Assembly (NCBI GenBank): GCA_964016885.1
Contig: OZ024746.1
Location: 32,922,001 to 32,986,000, forward strand
Length of the DNA: 64,000 bases
Reading direction: 5' to 3'
Source of the DNA: Eledone cirrhosa
Lineage: Eukaryota
Shown here: in pieces, positions 48,820-63,675 of the stretch
How positions within the stretch are numbered: the first letter of the stretch is position 1
Layout: every line of letters starts with the position of its first letter
Notes under the pieces: model-generated
Seen by the model: the letters and a program-made list of their open reading frames with translations, nothing else
Database searches by the model: none
What the model was told of the DNA's origin: nothing
Position numbers and translations under genes: made by a program

Positions 48820-48859
48820 ATTTTGATTATGAGAATATTTTTCATTTATTAACATTTTT

Positions 48860-48912
<53 letters not shown>

Positions 48913-48958
48913 TGGAGAGAAGGAAAATATACATATACATAGATATATTTGTGTGTGA

Positions 48959-49003
<45 letters not shown>

Positions 49004-49030
49004 GAGAGAGAGAGGGAGAGAGACATGTAT

Positions 49031-49102
<72 letters not shown>

Positions 49103-49789
49103 TACGAAACGACATTGATCTCTAACTTTCGTAGAAGGAAGATGAAATGGCCAATTATTTCGAACCGTAACAAAGGAAACATTAATACTGTAAACATTAT
49201 TTATCCCTTGAATTTTACAAATGTGATCTACCTCCATATATATATATATCTCGTTATGTTTGCTCCCATGCTTTTATTGAATTATGGTCGTTAGCGTTGG
49301 TAGCCAACACAGCGGCAATTGCGATAACCTGTTGGCCATATATTGGATGCTATAACAAACTGTTATTTACGTAAGTTCAATCGATACATTGATAAAGAGA
49401 GCGAAAGGGAGAAAGTGCAAGAGGGAGAAAGGAGTTAGTTTATATACTGACAACATATTCACAGAATAATAACAACTAAATGGAATGATTTCTCGTGTGT
49501 TAGCAATATACATCGCAAACAAAGCAAACCCATAAATATTGCCACAGTTGCCTCAGGTTTACTAATCTTTCCCCACTTCTCCTCCTCCAGCATGACCATA
49601 ATCAAATATCTAAAACTAGTAATAATTAATAAAAGTAGTCCCATTTCAGGCTGTGTGCTCTGACAATGCCCGGGCACAGTCATTAAAAAATTGACAAAAA
49701 AAGAGAAATATCTTTTAACTATTTAAAGTAGTAAAGAAAATGTTAGAAGAGGCAAGATTTTGAAGTTGATATATTGAAATATAATCTTC

Positions 49790-49851
49790 ATGCGATGCTC
49801 CAGCATGGCCTCTGCCAGATGACTGGAACAGGTAAAAGAGTAAAAGAGTAA
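49790..49851 (+). mobile_element. 3' tail fragment of another short retroposon with (AAAAGAGT)n end
   Basis: GATGCTCCAGCATGGCC...ATGACTGGAACAGGTAAAAGAGTAAAAGAGTAA; tandem-repeat terminus typical of SINE/LINE tails. Confidence 0.4.
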
Positions 49852-50019
49852 TAGTGTTAAGGAGAGATATATTAAACTAATGTTAAATAGAAATACAGAG
49901 ATATATCACATACCACTGCCAGCACTTCCTTCTCAAGTATCTCGGTACCGGCCACGGTTGATTCTTTAAATAACACAAACATAAAGAACAGGGAAAGAAC
50001 TTAATGTAATACAGTATAA

Positions 50020-50053
<34 letters not shown>

Positions 50054-53000
50054 TACTTTTGTTGCCTACTCTATTTGCCAGATTATAGATATAGTGAATT
50101 ATCATTTAATGGCTGCGATTGTATGAAAAGGATAGTATTCTAAAGAGGTTTTTATATTAGTGGTTTGTGAGTAGTCTAGATATATATATATATCGAACAA
50201 TGTAACTTTGTATATCGCAGATGTGATATTCTCTTTTGAGTACAATTTGCGTAGTAAAATTTTGAGATAGAATTTGCTGATAAACAAGTCAATAGAACAC
50301 ACGAAATCCAAGACAGGGTTTGCCAATCTCGTTTTCTCATTACGGTTACGTTGTGTTCATGGAAAACATATGTACTGTCGAAAACAGGTATGACACAATA
50401 TGTACAACAAAGACATGTTTTAAAATGATTATTGAAAAATAGATACAAATTACGTACTTCGACCTTTGTACTCGAAAGTAGATACATCAATAAAAGTACT
50501 TTTAAAACAAGCACCCATTTTAAGACGATCTCTTCTACCCCCTTCGGAGCCGACATTACTAATATGTGCAACTAATGAAAACCAATCATGATTACATATG
50601 CCCTGAAATACACACAATCTCTTTTGTTTAATAATTAAGGATATGCAAAATTTGTTCGTGTATAATGCCATAAATCTAATGTAAAATTCTGAGTCAAAAT
50701 TGTATGCGTGTGGAAGGTAGTATTATACTGGAGTGAAGAATAACATATACACAAGAACATACTTATGAAAACAGCAGTAGCACGAGAAATCTAACGACTG
50801 CTGTATAACCTTGATTGTCTGACTGTGAAACATCGCATGCGTAACGAATACATCCGATGGTACAATGTTATTTTCTTTAGAGCACTGATGGTGTGTGATT
50901 GTAGGATACTATTGCATAAAAAGCGATTATTTAATTTAAAAACAAGAAGTAGTAGGGACCATTCCAGTTTTAGTGATGACATTTTAGCACTTAGGTGTTT
51001 TTAAAACAACTACAACGATAATATGTTGTTTTCGTAAAAGTATTATAAAACTATATAGTCGGATTTTCTGGAAGGAATTATAAATTGCACAGTAGTCGTT
51101 TAAATTTGGTATATAAGGGGCATTTATTCGGCTGTAGAAACTAGTAACAATTGTACAATAATTCAGGTCTGATATGAAAGTGTTTCTGGTATCACACGAA
51201 TATTATAAGAAACAGTAACAATACGCACATTGATTACATTTCAAATTAATAACTGAATAACCTGTACAGAGTCATGTAATCAGAATAAATCATTTATATG
51301 AGTAGATAGAAATGTGTTTAACGTTTAGAATATAACATACAGAAATGAAGAAAGAAAAGTAATGAAGTTTCCACAGCAGAGTTATATAAATATTAAACAT
51401 TGAATTAAACATAGTAAACAGACTTATTTTATTTGTGTCGTGGTTCACCATCAAGATGTTGAACCAACTCCAATCAGGGAATCTATTGCATCACAGACAG
51501 AAGTCGAAGACGCCCGGTGATCCCGGATGTTCGACGCGGATATTGCCAATATGTCACCTTTTAAAGGGCGTAAGGACAGATAATGACACCTGATTGAAGA
51601 CTGAACATTTTGCAAACGTTTAGGTGACATATCTCATTGGTCATGTCCCGCAATCGTACAACAGCAAGTTTGAAAATGCATTCAATAAATAAGACTTTTT
51701 GTGATTGCAAGACGACAAAATGTTCTACGAGCCCATTTATTGTGTACATTTATCTAATTTTTACTCCAAATTTTGATAAGAAACGTTACCTTTAATCTCG
51801 CCATCGAGAAAGACAGGAAGATTTTAAGAGGGCTGGGTGCTAGCAGATAAAATTATTGTCTTGAATGCGCTGATATTCATGCAAACATGAAACACTCCAG
51901 AGTAAATATCCCTTCATATATTACACTTTCAATATGATAGACTAGAAATCATTTGATTTGAAAAGCATAGATTAAAAAATCCGTTTATTACTGACTACAG
52001 TCGCAATCGTAATAATAATAAATAAAGTATATAGATAGCAAGTGTAGAGGTGGGAATGTCACTGTGTGAGGAGTGGACCAATACAAAGTTATTACTGCGT
52101 TTCTGGAAAAATATTTAAAAAGCAAGAACAAGTCGTCCAACATATATAATAAGAGGGAATGGGAATAAATATGAGAATAATGAACATTGTCTCTATAAAT
52201 ATGTATACAATACAATAGAGTACAAACTGGAATCTATGTAAACTGAAAACATAAATTTCGATAATCTCCAAACAACAGAGCAATCAAAATAATGTAAAAA
52301 CAAAAGGATGAATTGAAATCAACTCAGAAACATGCTCTGTAAAAGAGAGGAGAGAAATGGAACACTTATTATCTTTGGAATCTGGACAGAAAGAGAATAA
52401 GCTAATATGCATGTCAAAAATAGTTCAAAAGTTCTGAGTTAGAGAAATAAAAGTATTGTCTAATTTTTGTTACAAAAGTTTACTTAGTCTCATCTTCTTA
52501 CCATTAACTATTTTGGTGGGTTCTCTTTAGTTTTTGTTGTAATTGCTTGTTCGTGGACAGGCGAAATATTTACCGTTCTATCGTTCAGACAAGGGCATTG
52601 TTTTATTGTTTTCTGCTATGTACTTTCTTTGTCTGACAAGCTAGAAACGTTTTATTTTTATATTCATATCATCTACTAATGTAGTTTGTCACCCTTTGCT
52701 ACTTGTGAGTGTTTGCAGTAGGTCACCAACATTTCATACATAAACGTCTCTGTAATTTAGTTTTCCTAAAATACTTCTATTCTCCTATAATTTCCAAGTG
52801 CATTGTGTCTGTTATGTATCTCCTTATCTTTTTCTTTATTTGTGTATACAGTGCACCAGATTTGTTGATATATTTTAAATATTTATGGATTGAGTCATCA
52901 TACATCAAACGTTTCCGCAATAAAAAAACAAAAAAACATCACAAATAATCGTGTCGTGTCCATATTGTTTATAGGATGATTGAGGGTGCGCTAACAGTAA

Positions 53001-53061
53001 ACCTTTGAATATTTATGATTATACATCAGTTGAATAGTAATCTTATATAACTTTTAGTTTA

Positions 53062-53062
<1 letters not shown>

Positions 53063-53092
<30 letters not shown>

Positions 53093-53209
53093 CTTCTTCT
53101 TCTTCTTCTTCTTCTTCTTCTTCTTCTTCTTCTTCTTCTTCTTCTTCTTCTTCTTCTTCTTCTTCTTCTTCTTCTTCTTCTTCTTCTTCTTCTTCTCTTC
53201 TTCTTCTTC
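53063..53209 (+). repeat. (TTC)n microsatellite running into the gap
   Basis: Seen directly. Confidence 0.97.
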
Positions 53210-53409
53210 NNNNNNNNNNNNNNNNNNNNNNNNNNNNNNNNNNNNNNNNNNNNNNNNNNNNNNNNNNNNNNNNNNNNNNNNNNNNNNNNNNNNNNNNNNN
53301 NNNNNNNNNNNNNNNNNNNNNNNNNNNNNNNNNNNNNNNNNNNNNNNNNNNNNNNNNNNNNNNNNNNNNNNNNNNNNNNNNNNNNNNNNNNNNNNNNNNN
53401 NNNNNNNNN
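53210..53409. other. Assembly gap (200 N)
   Basis: Run of N; the round number suggests a placeholder scaffold join. Confidence 0.99.
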
Positions 53410-54885
53410 AAAGCTAAAAGGAGTATTCGCTAAATATACAACATTACCTGATTCTGTATCAAGACGTAGTACATATTATTTTGCTGCAGACCGAAACCTC
53501 TTGGTTATTATCAAGATTTCTAGCAATAGTGACCGACCATCATTGCTGCCATAGTGAAGAATCATAACATTTCAGAAAAATGCTATAAAAATGAGTTGCA
53601 TCACAACTTATACCATCATAGCGATAATAAATATTTCAAAGCTGGTCTTACTATAATCTATAAAATGGAGTTAAGAGAGTTAGAATGTATTTTAAGCTGT
53701 CATAAAAGTTTAAAAAACCAGCAGAAAGAATATATATGGGAAGATGATGGAGCTTCAAATGATAGCAAACAGTTTTCTAATATGGTCGATGTTCTTAACT
53801 GTCTCCTATGCGTTGAATGCTTAGTGGAAATGTAAACGGTTCAGCAAAGGAGAACGTCTGTACGCTATTTTGCACAAACAGAATGAGTTCAGATTGTTAA
53901 TTACATTGTGAATTTTACGATTTATTAAAACCCAAACTATACTTATTCTAAAACCACTTTCTGTATTGACATCAACTAGTGCACGAAATATTCTTGAAAA
54001 CCTGAAGCGTTTCTCCAAATCTTCGGTCACCGACAATACCAATGACGAACTGAAAATATAATAGATGTTTTCTCAAATGAAAAATAATCTCGTGTTACAA
54101 TATCGTTATACTAAAATCTAATTGGCTACATGCACATACATATCATATACTTAAAACACTGCAAAAAACCCTTTGAATTCATTAAAAAATCATATCTGTT
54201 TTCTTGGCTATGAAAATCTAAACTATAATAAAGTAAGGAGCGCGGGACTGCGCACGGTTTATAAATTTTTATCCCATTAGTAAAATAAGTTGGATTACTT
54301 TGAATAAATAATGAATGAATATTATATAATTTATCTACTAAATTTTGTGGCTGTTGATTAAATAATTTATTGTTTATTTAAAGATTCACTTCTTTAAAAC
54401 TTTCAAATGTCAACACTTCCGGTTAGCGATCGCTTAAATAAACATACATATATTTCCGTCACTAATTTTCTCCTAATGCAGTTTATATATAATATCGTTT
54501 TTTGTAAATGTATCATGGATTACATTACTGATTTCATAAGAGAGTGTAACACAGTCTTCCTTCAATTTCTGTGTATCTACATGCCTATAATATCAATACC
54601 ACCTGAGGGGTGGTTTTTCTGCTAGTATAAATAAATAACTGTAATTTCTCTCGTCAATCATTTAGATGTGTGCCAAAATTCTACTTATCCATTTGTCTAT
54701 TTTACAAAGGAAAGTCATTACAATCGATAGAAAGAGGTGAACGTGTAGATAATAGCTGAAGACCGGAATGGGAATGAATCTACGCTTCAAATAAGTCTGG
54801 ACAAAAAGAAAATTCATGCCCGAACCTAGTAGCTCTCCGTCGGTTACGACGACGACTATTCCTACTGATACGATCAACGGAATAC

Positions 54886-55150
54886 CTTGATCATGAAATT
54901 AATCTGCAAGTGGCTGAGCATTCCACAAATACGCGTACCATTAACGGAGTTCTCATGGAGATTCAGCGTGACATAGAATGTGACAAGACTAGTCCTTCGA
55001 ATTACAGGTACAACTTATTTTTGTCAGCTAAGTGGATTGGGGAAACGTAAAATAAAATGTCTTGCTCAAGGACACAGCGTTCCACCGGGAATCGAACTCA
55101 CGATCTTACGATCGTGAGCCGAATACCCTAAAAGCAAAGCTACACGCCTT
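54886..55150 (-). mobile_element. tRNA-derived SINE family 2 (CORE-like body)
   Basis: Minus: GAAGGCGTGTAGCT...GAGTTCGATTCCC (B box), then TGTGTCCTTGAGCAAGACATTT (CORE-like). Confidence 0.8.
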
Positions 55151-55661
55151 CACACTATTCACGTACCTACATTATGTTGAAGAGACCGGCAAGCTTGCTA
55201 AGTTTACTGTAGAAAAACATAACGCCTATTTTACTGCGGGAAATGAAGGGTGACAAAAGTCAACATATATTTTGATATGTGTAATAAACTGACTGACAAT
55301 CGAACGAAAAACTCTTCCGGCACACAATCACACATCTTAACATTTTCTTCATTAACAACGACAAATTACTTACTATAATTTCTATTTCTCACTTCCCCTG
55401 TTTGATGAGAGACTTCTGACTATTTTATCTTAGAACATTAACAATATTTAAGGCACATTTCAGCCACGTCTAATTTAATATTCCCGATAAACACTAAATT
55501 TCATAGATTAAAAATAATCCTCTTAGATATTTCACCATCTGTGTAGAAATTATCAACATATCACCGTATTTTGTGTTTATATTGTGTTATATGTTGTATG
55601 CGTGTATTATTTTTGGATCTATATTATATTTGGATGTATATTATATTATATTTGGATGACG

Positions 55662-55802
55662 TATAGAGTTACGGCCCTTGCCATTCTGAGTTCAAATCCC
55701 GCCGAGGTTAACTTTGCCTTTCATCCTTACGGGATCGATAAAATAAAGTACCAGTAATACACTGGGGTAATTGCTGGCCTTGTGCCAAAAGTAGATATAA
55801 TT
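55662..55802 (+). mobile_element. SINE family 1, head-truncated
   Basis: CTGAGTTCAAATCCCGCCGAGG...CCTTGTGCCAAAAGTAGATATAATT. Confidence 0.88.
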
Positions 55803-56174
55803 ATATTTGGATGTGTGTGTATGTTTGCGTGCACGTATGTATGCTTGTATGTATATTCATGTGTGTGTGTGTGTATTCATGAGATTTGGATGTGTATGTG
55901 ATTTTCTCTGTGTGCGTATGTTTGCATATACGTATGTATGCTTGTATGTATATATGGGTAGGTGTGTATGTGAGTGGGCGAGCAGGGTTGCGTGTGTGCT
56001 ACAAAATTTCGCCAGCGATTGTATGAAAGAAACTAATATAGAAAACAGAATATTGCAGACATTTTTCTCAAAGATAGAGAATGAGGAAAAGAGGAAGAAC
56101 AAATAGAGAAGGAACAACCAAAAATAAAAGATCTAACAGACATCTATAGCCAGAAGAGTTAAAATAATAAAACA

Positions 56175-56225
<51 letters not shown>

Positions 56226-56892
56226 AAACAACATAACAACAAAACTTCAGTTATAAAAAAATTAATGGCGAAAGCAGCGAAAACAAATACGCAATGGACA
56301 TCAATGCTGTCTAGGTAGAAGAGAATAATAAAAAGGAAAACAAAAAATAAAAATAAAAAATCCAAGACAAAGGGTGTAAAAAAAACACAACATCGTTCAA
56401 ATATACATAACTACGCTATCAGAGTCTTTATTTCCTTGTCATTTTTTTCTTAACCAGGCCCAAAGCTAATGGTAGAATAATTATTAATTTACTTACATCA
56501 CATTACCAGCATAAATGAGAGTTGATTTAATGATTTTCAGAATATTCAACGCAACGTTTTATACTCGTTTGATGTCTCTTTTAATGTGTTTGAGACTTTT
56601 AAATAAAATAAACAGATAATATAAAAGGTAAAAAAAAAAACGTAAATAACAAAAAAAAAAAACACGCTTGATTAAAGGTACTAATTATTGCACAGTCAAT
56701 GGTTGATAGCGATTGATGACCGTTGGTGTTGAGAAAAATATATAATTATGAATCCATCTAAAAGTATACGCCTATATACAAAATTTATACATAAACGTGC
56801 GTATGTATGTATGTATGTATGTATGTATGTATGTATGTATGTATGTATGTATGTATGTATGTATGTATGTATGTATGTGTATGTATGTGTAT

Positions 56893-59800
56893 GTTCTTCT
56901 GGTTTTATAATTTTACAAATTTATTTCCCAATAGAGAGAGAGTCGGTTTCTAACATAGCCACAAGACTCTCTCATTGGAATGTACACAACATCAACTAGG
57001 TAGATTATGTATGCATGCATGTGTAGATATGGATGTTATTGTATGTGTGGATGTGGATGTTTTGAGTTGTATGTGTGCATGTGTATATGCTTTGTATCTG
57101 TACATATGTATATGCAGTTATTAGATGCACAATTTTGGAATGTTTTATATATTTTTACTGTTCCATTAATGGATTGTACTTGTAATTTCCTAACTAGTTG
57201 TGTTCTTTCTGTTCCTGTGAAGTCTAGCTTCTCAAGATTTGTATTGAGGCAGTTACTAACATACCCCAGTGCCCCAATAATCACAGGCATAAATCTGAAG
57301 GTGTAATCAGGGTGGAGTATCTGCAGATTTCTCATCAGTTCTGCATAAATATTCTCCGTTTCGCTTGGCATCTGCTGGGCAGCTAATTTCCACTACTGTG
57401 CATGTTTTCTTCTCCCTGTCCCATATCATAATATCTGGTCTGTTTTGCCTGTATTTTATTGGGGTTTTACTGGAACATTCCACCAGTACTCTTTCATATT
57501 ATGTACATGGATGTCTTCCACATTGCTGTAGCTTTTAATGTGTTTATTATCGGGGCTATCTTTTTTAGGAACTGCATTGTACAGTGTTTTGGCCACTACA
57601 TCATGCCTCATAAGTAGATAGTACCGCGATGACATCTTTGGACAGCTGCTGATGACATCGGTGATATCCTCGATGTTAGTTCTGCAGAGTCTGCACTTGT
57701 TATCACATCTAGGTGTTTTGCATGCATCCCTATCTATTGTGTGAATTAGGTATTTCGTGTTAATATGTTCATGGATTGCAAAAGCGTATCCTTCAAAGTG
57801 GGAGCCAATATAGCGGTTGTTGGTCCAAGATAGACTACTTTCCTTATCTATATTACTCTCACTCTGGAACTTCCTGGCAACATATCAATGCATGATATTT
57901 TGCTGATAAGCATGCAGTTTTTCATCCATGGATTCACTGCGATACTGCTGAGCGACTTCCCTGGGTGTGAGTTTTTGATTATCACACAGGGAATATCTCC
58001 CGAGGAGTTCTTTCCCAACTCTCATGATCTTATCTGTTTCATGTAGATAGACTTGCTCGAGAGACGGGCTCCTACGCTTCAAGGTTCGTAGATGTTGTCG
58101 GAGGGTTATGATGCGACATTCAAATGCTGTCTGGACTGATGTTAGGCCTTTGCCTCCCTGCTTACGTTTCAAGTAAAGGCGATCTATGTCACTGTTGATG
58201 TGGAAGTTTCCGGTGTTATTTAGTTCCAACATCAACTGCTCGGATTTCGTCTATCGTCCAATTGAGTAATCCAAATGTTGGTGTTAGGACAGGCACAACA
58301 AACACATTGGGAGCCACTGTTTTGTTTTGCGCAGAGAGTTCCCATGACCAAATCTTTCTTAATCGGGTGTAGTATTGCCTGGTTACGCGTTCCTTATTAC
58401 AGATACCATTACAGGATATGTTCTCATCTATCCCCAGGTATCTGTAGCAGTCCTCATCAGATATCGGTGAAACAGTTAGGCCATTGATGACAATGTTTCT
58501 AGATTGGGTTGTTGTTTTTCCCTGCTTTACAGTCATGTATGAGCATTTATCTTGGCCAAACTCCATTTCTATATCCTTTAAGAACATTGTAACCAGGTCA
58601 AGATTTTTCTTCATCCCATCCATGTTCTTGGCATAGAGTTTCAGATCGTCCACAAAGAAATTGTGGGTTAGGTTCGTATTTCTGTCCTCCTGTGAGCCAA
58701 TGATGTATCCCTCACATTTCTTGAGCAGAAAGGACAAGGGGTTTAATGACAAGATGAATAATATCACAGAGAGACTGTCCCCCTGTGAAAATAGAATCTT
58801 CCCTCTCTCTCTTTAACCTTAGGATAGTAGCCCAAGAAGAAGACAGCCTCTCTATGGCTCTGACAATAATGTCTGGGACTTTAGCAAGTTGAAGGGCCTC
58901 TATCATCCAAGAGTGGGGAACATAATCGAAAGCTTTCCTGTAGTCTAGCCAGACTGTAGTCATATTCCTCCTAAGTTGTCGTACCTCCGACATCGCAGTT
59001 TTGTTGATTAGTTGTTCAGCACATCCCCAAACCCATTTTTTTCCAGCTGCTTGTTCATCTGTGATGATGTTATTATTTTCACGGTGATCTTGGAGGAATA
59101 GGTTCAGGCAGGTTGTATACATCTTATACACCAGGTTCTGGCATGCAATGGGTCGGTAGTTTTTTGCCAAGTGGGTGCCTTTGTTCTTGGGGACCAGTAA
59201 TATTTGTGCTAATGTCAACCATTCTGGTATAAGTGTATCTCCCTTAAGAACTTGTTGGTAGAGGTCAGTAAGATACCTCAGATAGAATATCAGTTTTTTG
59301 TACCAGTAGCCGACAATCATGTCTCTTCCTTATTTTGGAGTTTTCCTATCACAGTCTCAAGGGTACCCTCACTTATTTCGTATGTTTTTGTTGTAGTGTA
59401 GGAGCAATAGTTCTTTCGGATTTCTCTTAGCCACACTGCATCTTGGTTGAAATTCTTCTTTTCACCCCATATTTGCTCCAAAAGGAATCTATATCTTTCT
59501 GGGATGGGGCCTCAGTGACACTTATTATTTTGTTCTTCATATCTCTATAGACTGATGTTTGGTTTCGTCTGAATCTTTTATTAAGCACTTTTCTCTCATC
59601 TACCTTCTTCAACTATCGGCATTTTTCGCTAACAGCTCTCAATTCTTGTTTGAGGGTGATCAGCTAATATTGAAGAGTTCTGGTTCTACTGATACCAAAC
59701 ATCGTCTCTATTTTATTTTTCACTCTTTGTTGGTGAGGAGGGAGGGTTTTTTGTGTTTGTTTACATGTAAGGAGCATTGTCACATATCCTATGGTTTTTC

Positions 59801-60926
59801 GTAGGTCAGCAATCTTTTTTTCTATTTTAGTTATATATAATGGTATTTTTGGTGGTGTTCTGTTCTTGTTAATATCTCTGCTATCACCAAGATAATGCTT
59901 CACTTTCGTTGCTAAGGCATATAAACAGGCGTTGATTTGCCAAAATGTTGGGGTTTTTATCCGTCGTAAATATTCATTGTTTATTTCGTCAATAACACGT
60001 AATATTTCATTTGTTTTTTTTTTTGTTTTTTTTATTAAAGATTGTCGTTTTAATACGTTCAGCAAGAGAGATATTTATACATGAATTAATTTCTCTCTGG
60101 AAGATTTCGTTGAGGGAAATTTTCAATTGTTTATACTTTTGATTATTATCATTATCAATAGTATTTTCCACAACAGTCGAGGTAGACTCGGATGGTACAC
60201 GTGATTTCAAATTTCTTCGATTATTATTATTATTGATAGTGTTTTCCCCGGCATTCGAGGTAGACTTATATGGTACAGGTGGTGTCAAGTTTCTTACAGG
60301 CATAGTTGTTTCAATGCCCTGTTCGACCTGGCTGCTAGGAAGTCTAGTAGAATGGCGACCTGTAGCACGTGTTGTTGATCCCATGTTTGCTGTGGAGAAT
60401 TTACAATTAATACTATTTATCTTATTTTTACGTTCAACAAACGTCGCTTGCTGGCGTAATTGTTTCGCTGTGAAATAATTTAGCTCTGGGTGCATTTCGT
60501 CCCAGTGTATCTTCATTCTGTTCATATAGCCAATGGAGGGATTGTTTTTTGCCATTTTATAACAATTAAATAAATCATTATTAAGTTCGCAACTCCAAGA
60601 GAAATGCGATTTGTAATGTCGGTTTCTTCTGTAGCTACAACTGAATAAAGTTTGTTTACCTTTCTTGCTGTTTGTCTTCGATACTTCCTTAATTTTGTTG
60701 TTGATGTTGTGTTCAGCCATGCTGTTTGTAGCAAATCCTTGTAAAATGAATTTAGTCGGATATCTCTACGAATTCGAATAAAAGGTGTCTTCAGAAGATA
60801 TAGTTAGAAGAATAACCAGTTTTTCAACATGACTGTAGTTGTGGCATTACTGTCGGAGATAGTATTCTTCTTATATTTAATAAATAGTCACCCACGCCAA
60901 AATATGCGACTGATCGCGTTGACTGT
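56893..60926 (-). mobile_element. Full-length decayed R4/Dong-type LINE, (CATA)n-flanked lineage
   Basis: ~200-bp 5' UTR, ORF from 60720, 3' UTR. (TATG)n at 56801-56892 and TATG-rich tract from 60927. Confidence 0.9.
57119..60720 (-). pseudogene. R4/Dong ORF (N-terminal domain, RT, CCHC, RLE), multiply frameshifted
   Basis: WSCELNNDLFNCY..GYMNRMKIHW, NYRPIAC, WLDYRKAFD, FFVDDLKLYA, SDIDRLYLKRKQGGKGL, CRLC..MSSRYYLLMRHD, RPDIMIWD..VEISCP, MPVIIGALG. Confidence 0.92.
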
Positions 60927-61225
60927 ATATGTATGTATGAATGTATATTTCTATGTATATATGTATGTGTGTGTGTATATATTAGTATGAATGTATGTAT
61001 GTATATAAGTATGTATATATGTGTGTTTATAAGTATGTATGTATATATGTATGTATGTATGCACATAAGTATGTATGTATATGTGTATGTAAGTATGTAT
61101 ATATATATATGTATGTGTGTATGTATGTATGTATGTATGTATGTATGTATGTATGTATGTATGTATGTATGCATGCATGTATACACACTCACACACACGC
61201 ACACACACACATATATATATGTATA

Positions 61226-61292
<67 letters not shown>

Positions 61293-61599
61293 GTGTATAG
61301 GCATACACACATATATAATGCTTAGAAGTGTTTATGCTTAAGCATAAATTATATACGATAGATATCGCCTTAGTCATTGGCATCGTCATACACATACATA
61401 CAGTACACCACACATTCCGGGTGACATAGGCGTACATGTAAATATACGCACCAAGTTATACACACACATGCTAGACAGTAGTTAGTTATGATGATTCACT
61501 TGTCATTAAATATTTCCATTGCTTATATGTATATTTTGTGTTCTACTAAAAGTTGTATAGAATAGATTTATTTTAGAATACACGAATGAAGAGAGGTAT

Positions 61600-61890
61600 A
61601 TATTCTCGCATACACCTACAACACGCTAAACACATGCACACACACACATACTCACGTATTCAAATACACGCTAAACACACACATAAACATATACACACAC
61701 ATACACACATATATTTAAATACACGCTAAACACATATGTACACACATAAACATATTCACATATTCAAATACACGCTAAACACACACACACACAAACACCT
61801 ATACTAACATATTCAAATACACATATACTCACATATTCAAATACACATATACTCACATATTCAAATACACGTTAAACACACATGCACATA
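61600..61890 (+). repeat. Degenerate minisatellite (ATTCAAATACACGCTAAACAC-based)
   Basis: Motif recurs about 7 times among CA-rich spacers. Confidence 0.75.
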
Positions 61891-62164
61891 TGCCCACATC
61901 TTCATACATATACTAAATATATCTACTTTCGTCTGAACGCATTAGGAAAAGAACGATTAATCAAAATGTAGCCCTCTTCTATTGGGACTAGCATTCTTTC
62001 AATATCGTCTGAGACACTATAGTCATGTATATATATATCAGTCTTAGCTGTGGACATAAAGCAATACCTCTGATAAGATACATTATTTTCGTTTGGCTAT
62101 ACAGTGTTTATAAATGCAGCACCAACATATCAAATGGAAATAAACATTGATAAGATTATACCAA

Positions 62165-62380
62165 ATATTGGTTTCTGATTTAGGCACACGACCATTTTTA
62201 TGGTAGGGGAAAGTAGATTACATCGATCCTAGTGCATTACTGGTTCTTTATTTTATCAAGCCCGTAAGGATGAAAGTCAAAGCTAATCTCGGCAGCATTT
62301 TAACTCAAAATTTAAAGGGCCATAACTCTATGCCATAGAGCATCTGGCCCTACGCTCTACTACTACTGTCAATTCACCAC
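62165..62380 (-). mobile_element. SINE family 1, diverged longer-body copy
   Basis: GTTTCTGATTTAGGCAC...GTGCATTACTGGT...CCCGTAAGGATGAAAG...AATTCACCACC. Confidence 0.8.
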
Positions 62381-62427
62381 CCTAAGATTACATAAAATAT
62401 TAATATGATTGTCCATAACTAATATTC

Positions 62428-62690
62428 GAAGGCGTATGGTTTGGGGGTTAGGGCTTTGGGTTTGCAATCATAAGGTTGTGCGTTCGATTTTCGAACCGGG
62501 CGATACGTTGTATCTTTGAGCATGACACTTAAGTTCAAGTTGCTTCAGTTTACTCAGCTGTAGAATTGAGTTGCGACGTCATTAGTGCCAAGCTGTAGCG
62601 GCCATTGCCTTTCCCTTGGACAACATCGTTGGTATGGATATTTATGTGTGTGTGGCGAGCCGCATATATTCTGGCCATTAGAAAAAGTAG
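62428..62690 (+). mobile_element. tRNA-derived CORE-like SINE (family 2-related head, different tail)
   Basis: GAAGGCGTATGG...GCGTTCGATT...TTGTATCTTTGAGCATGACACTT...CTCAGCTG. Confidence 0.7.
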
Positions 62691-63121
62691 CATGAATGCT
62701 TCAACATCGAAAGAGGGATAGCCCCAGACGAAGAAGAATATTATAATGTTTCGGTACATACATGAGACAATTTGGTACATATTTTGGTGTTATTCCGAAG
62801 TCATTTATGAAGCATAAGCTTTATTGCATTTTAGTGACAAATGTATCACTAAGTAATTAGATGGTTACAAATTTACTGGAAATAGAATTATGTGAAGCGA
62901 GCCACATTAAATTGAACATGAGAAGTAATCGTATATATATTTAATGTAGAGATCATTAAAACATTGGATGTCATTAGTTAATAAATTATTTTCAATGGAA
63001 ACCTCATACTTATTTATGTCTTATTCTGAACTCATCGACGATTCATGACATGTTAGTATTCTGCAATTTGGTATGTAGTTAGGTATGTATACACACACAC
63101 ACACACCCACACACACACCCA

Positions 63122-63235
<114 letters not shown>

Positions 63236-63244
63236 CCCTCTCTG

Positions 63245-63282
<38 letters not shown>

Positions 63283-63547
63283 CAGAGTGGGAGATAGATA
63301 TAGATAGAGAGATAGAGATAGATACATAGATAGAGAGAGAGACAGAGAGAGAGAGTGAGAGAAAGAGTGTAGCAGATAAAGAGATGAGCTGGTGTAGAAA
63401 CGGTGTGAAAGTGAAGCAAAAATTATATGGTGGAAAATCAATACAAGGATATAGGTTATAGGAAAATTAAAGAAGCGTCAGTGGCTTTGTATTTATGTAC
63501 TTAACAGCTTTTTTATACTCATGCTTACATATAGATACACACACACG

Positions 63548-63675
<128 letters not shown>

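Noticed and set aside
51430-51700. GC-richer island that might be an exon
   Set aside because: The frames read gave no recognisable protein and no convincing splice-site pair.
53063-53600. Any relationship spanning the N gap
   Set aside because: The 200-N placeholder means distance and adjacency across it are unverified.
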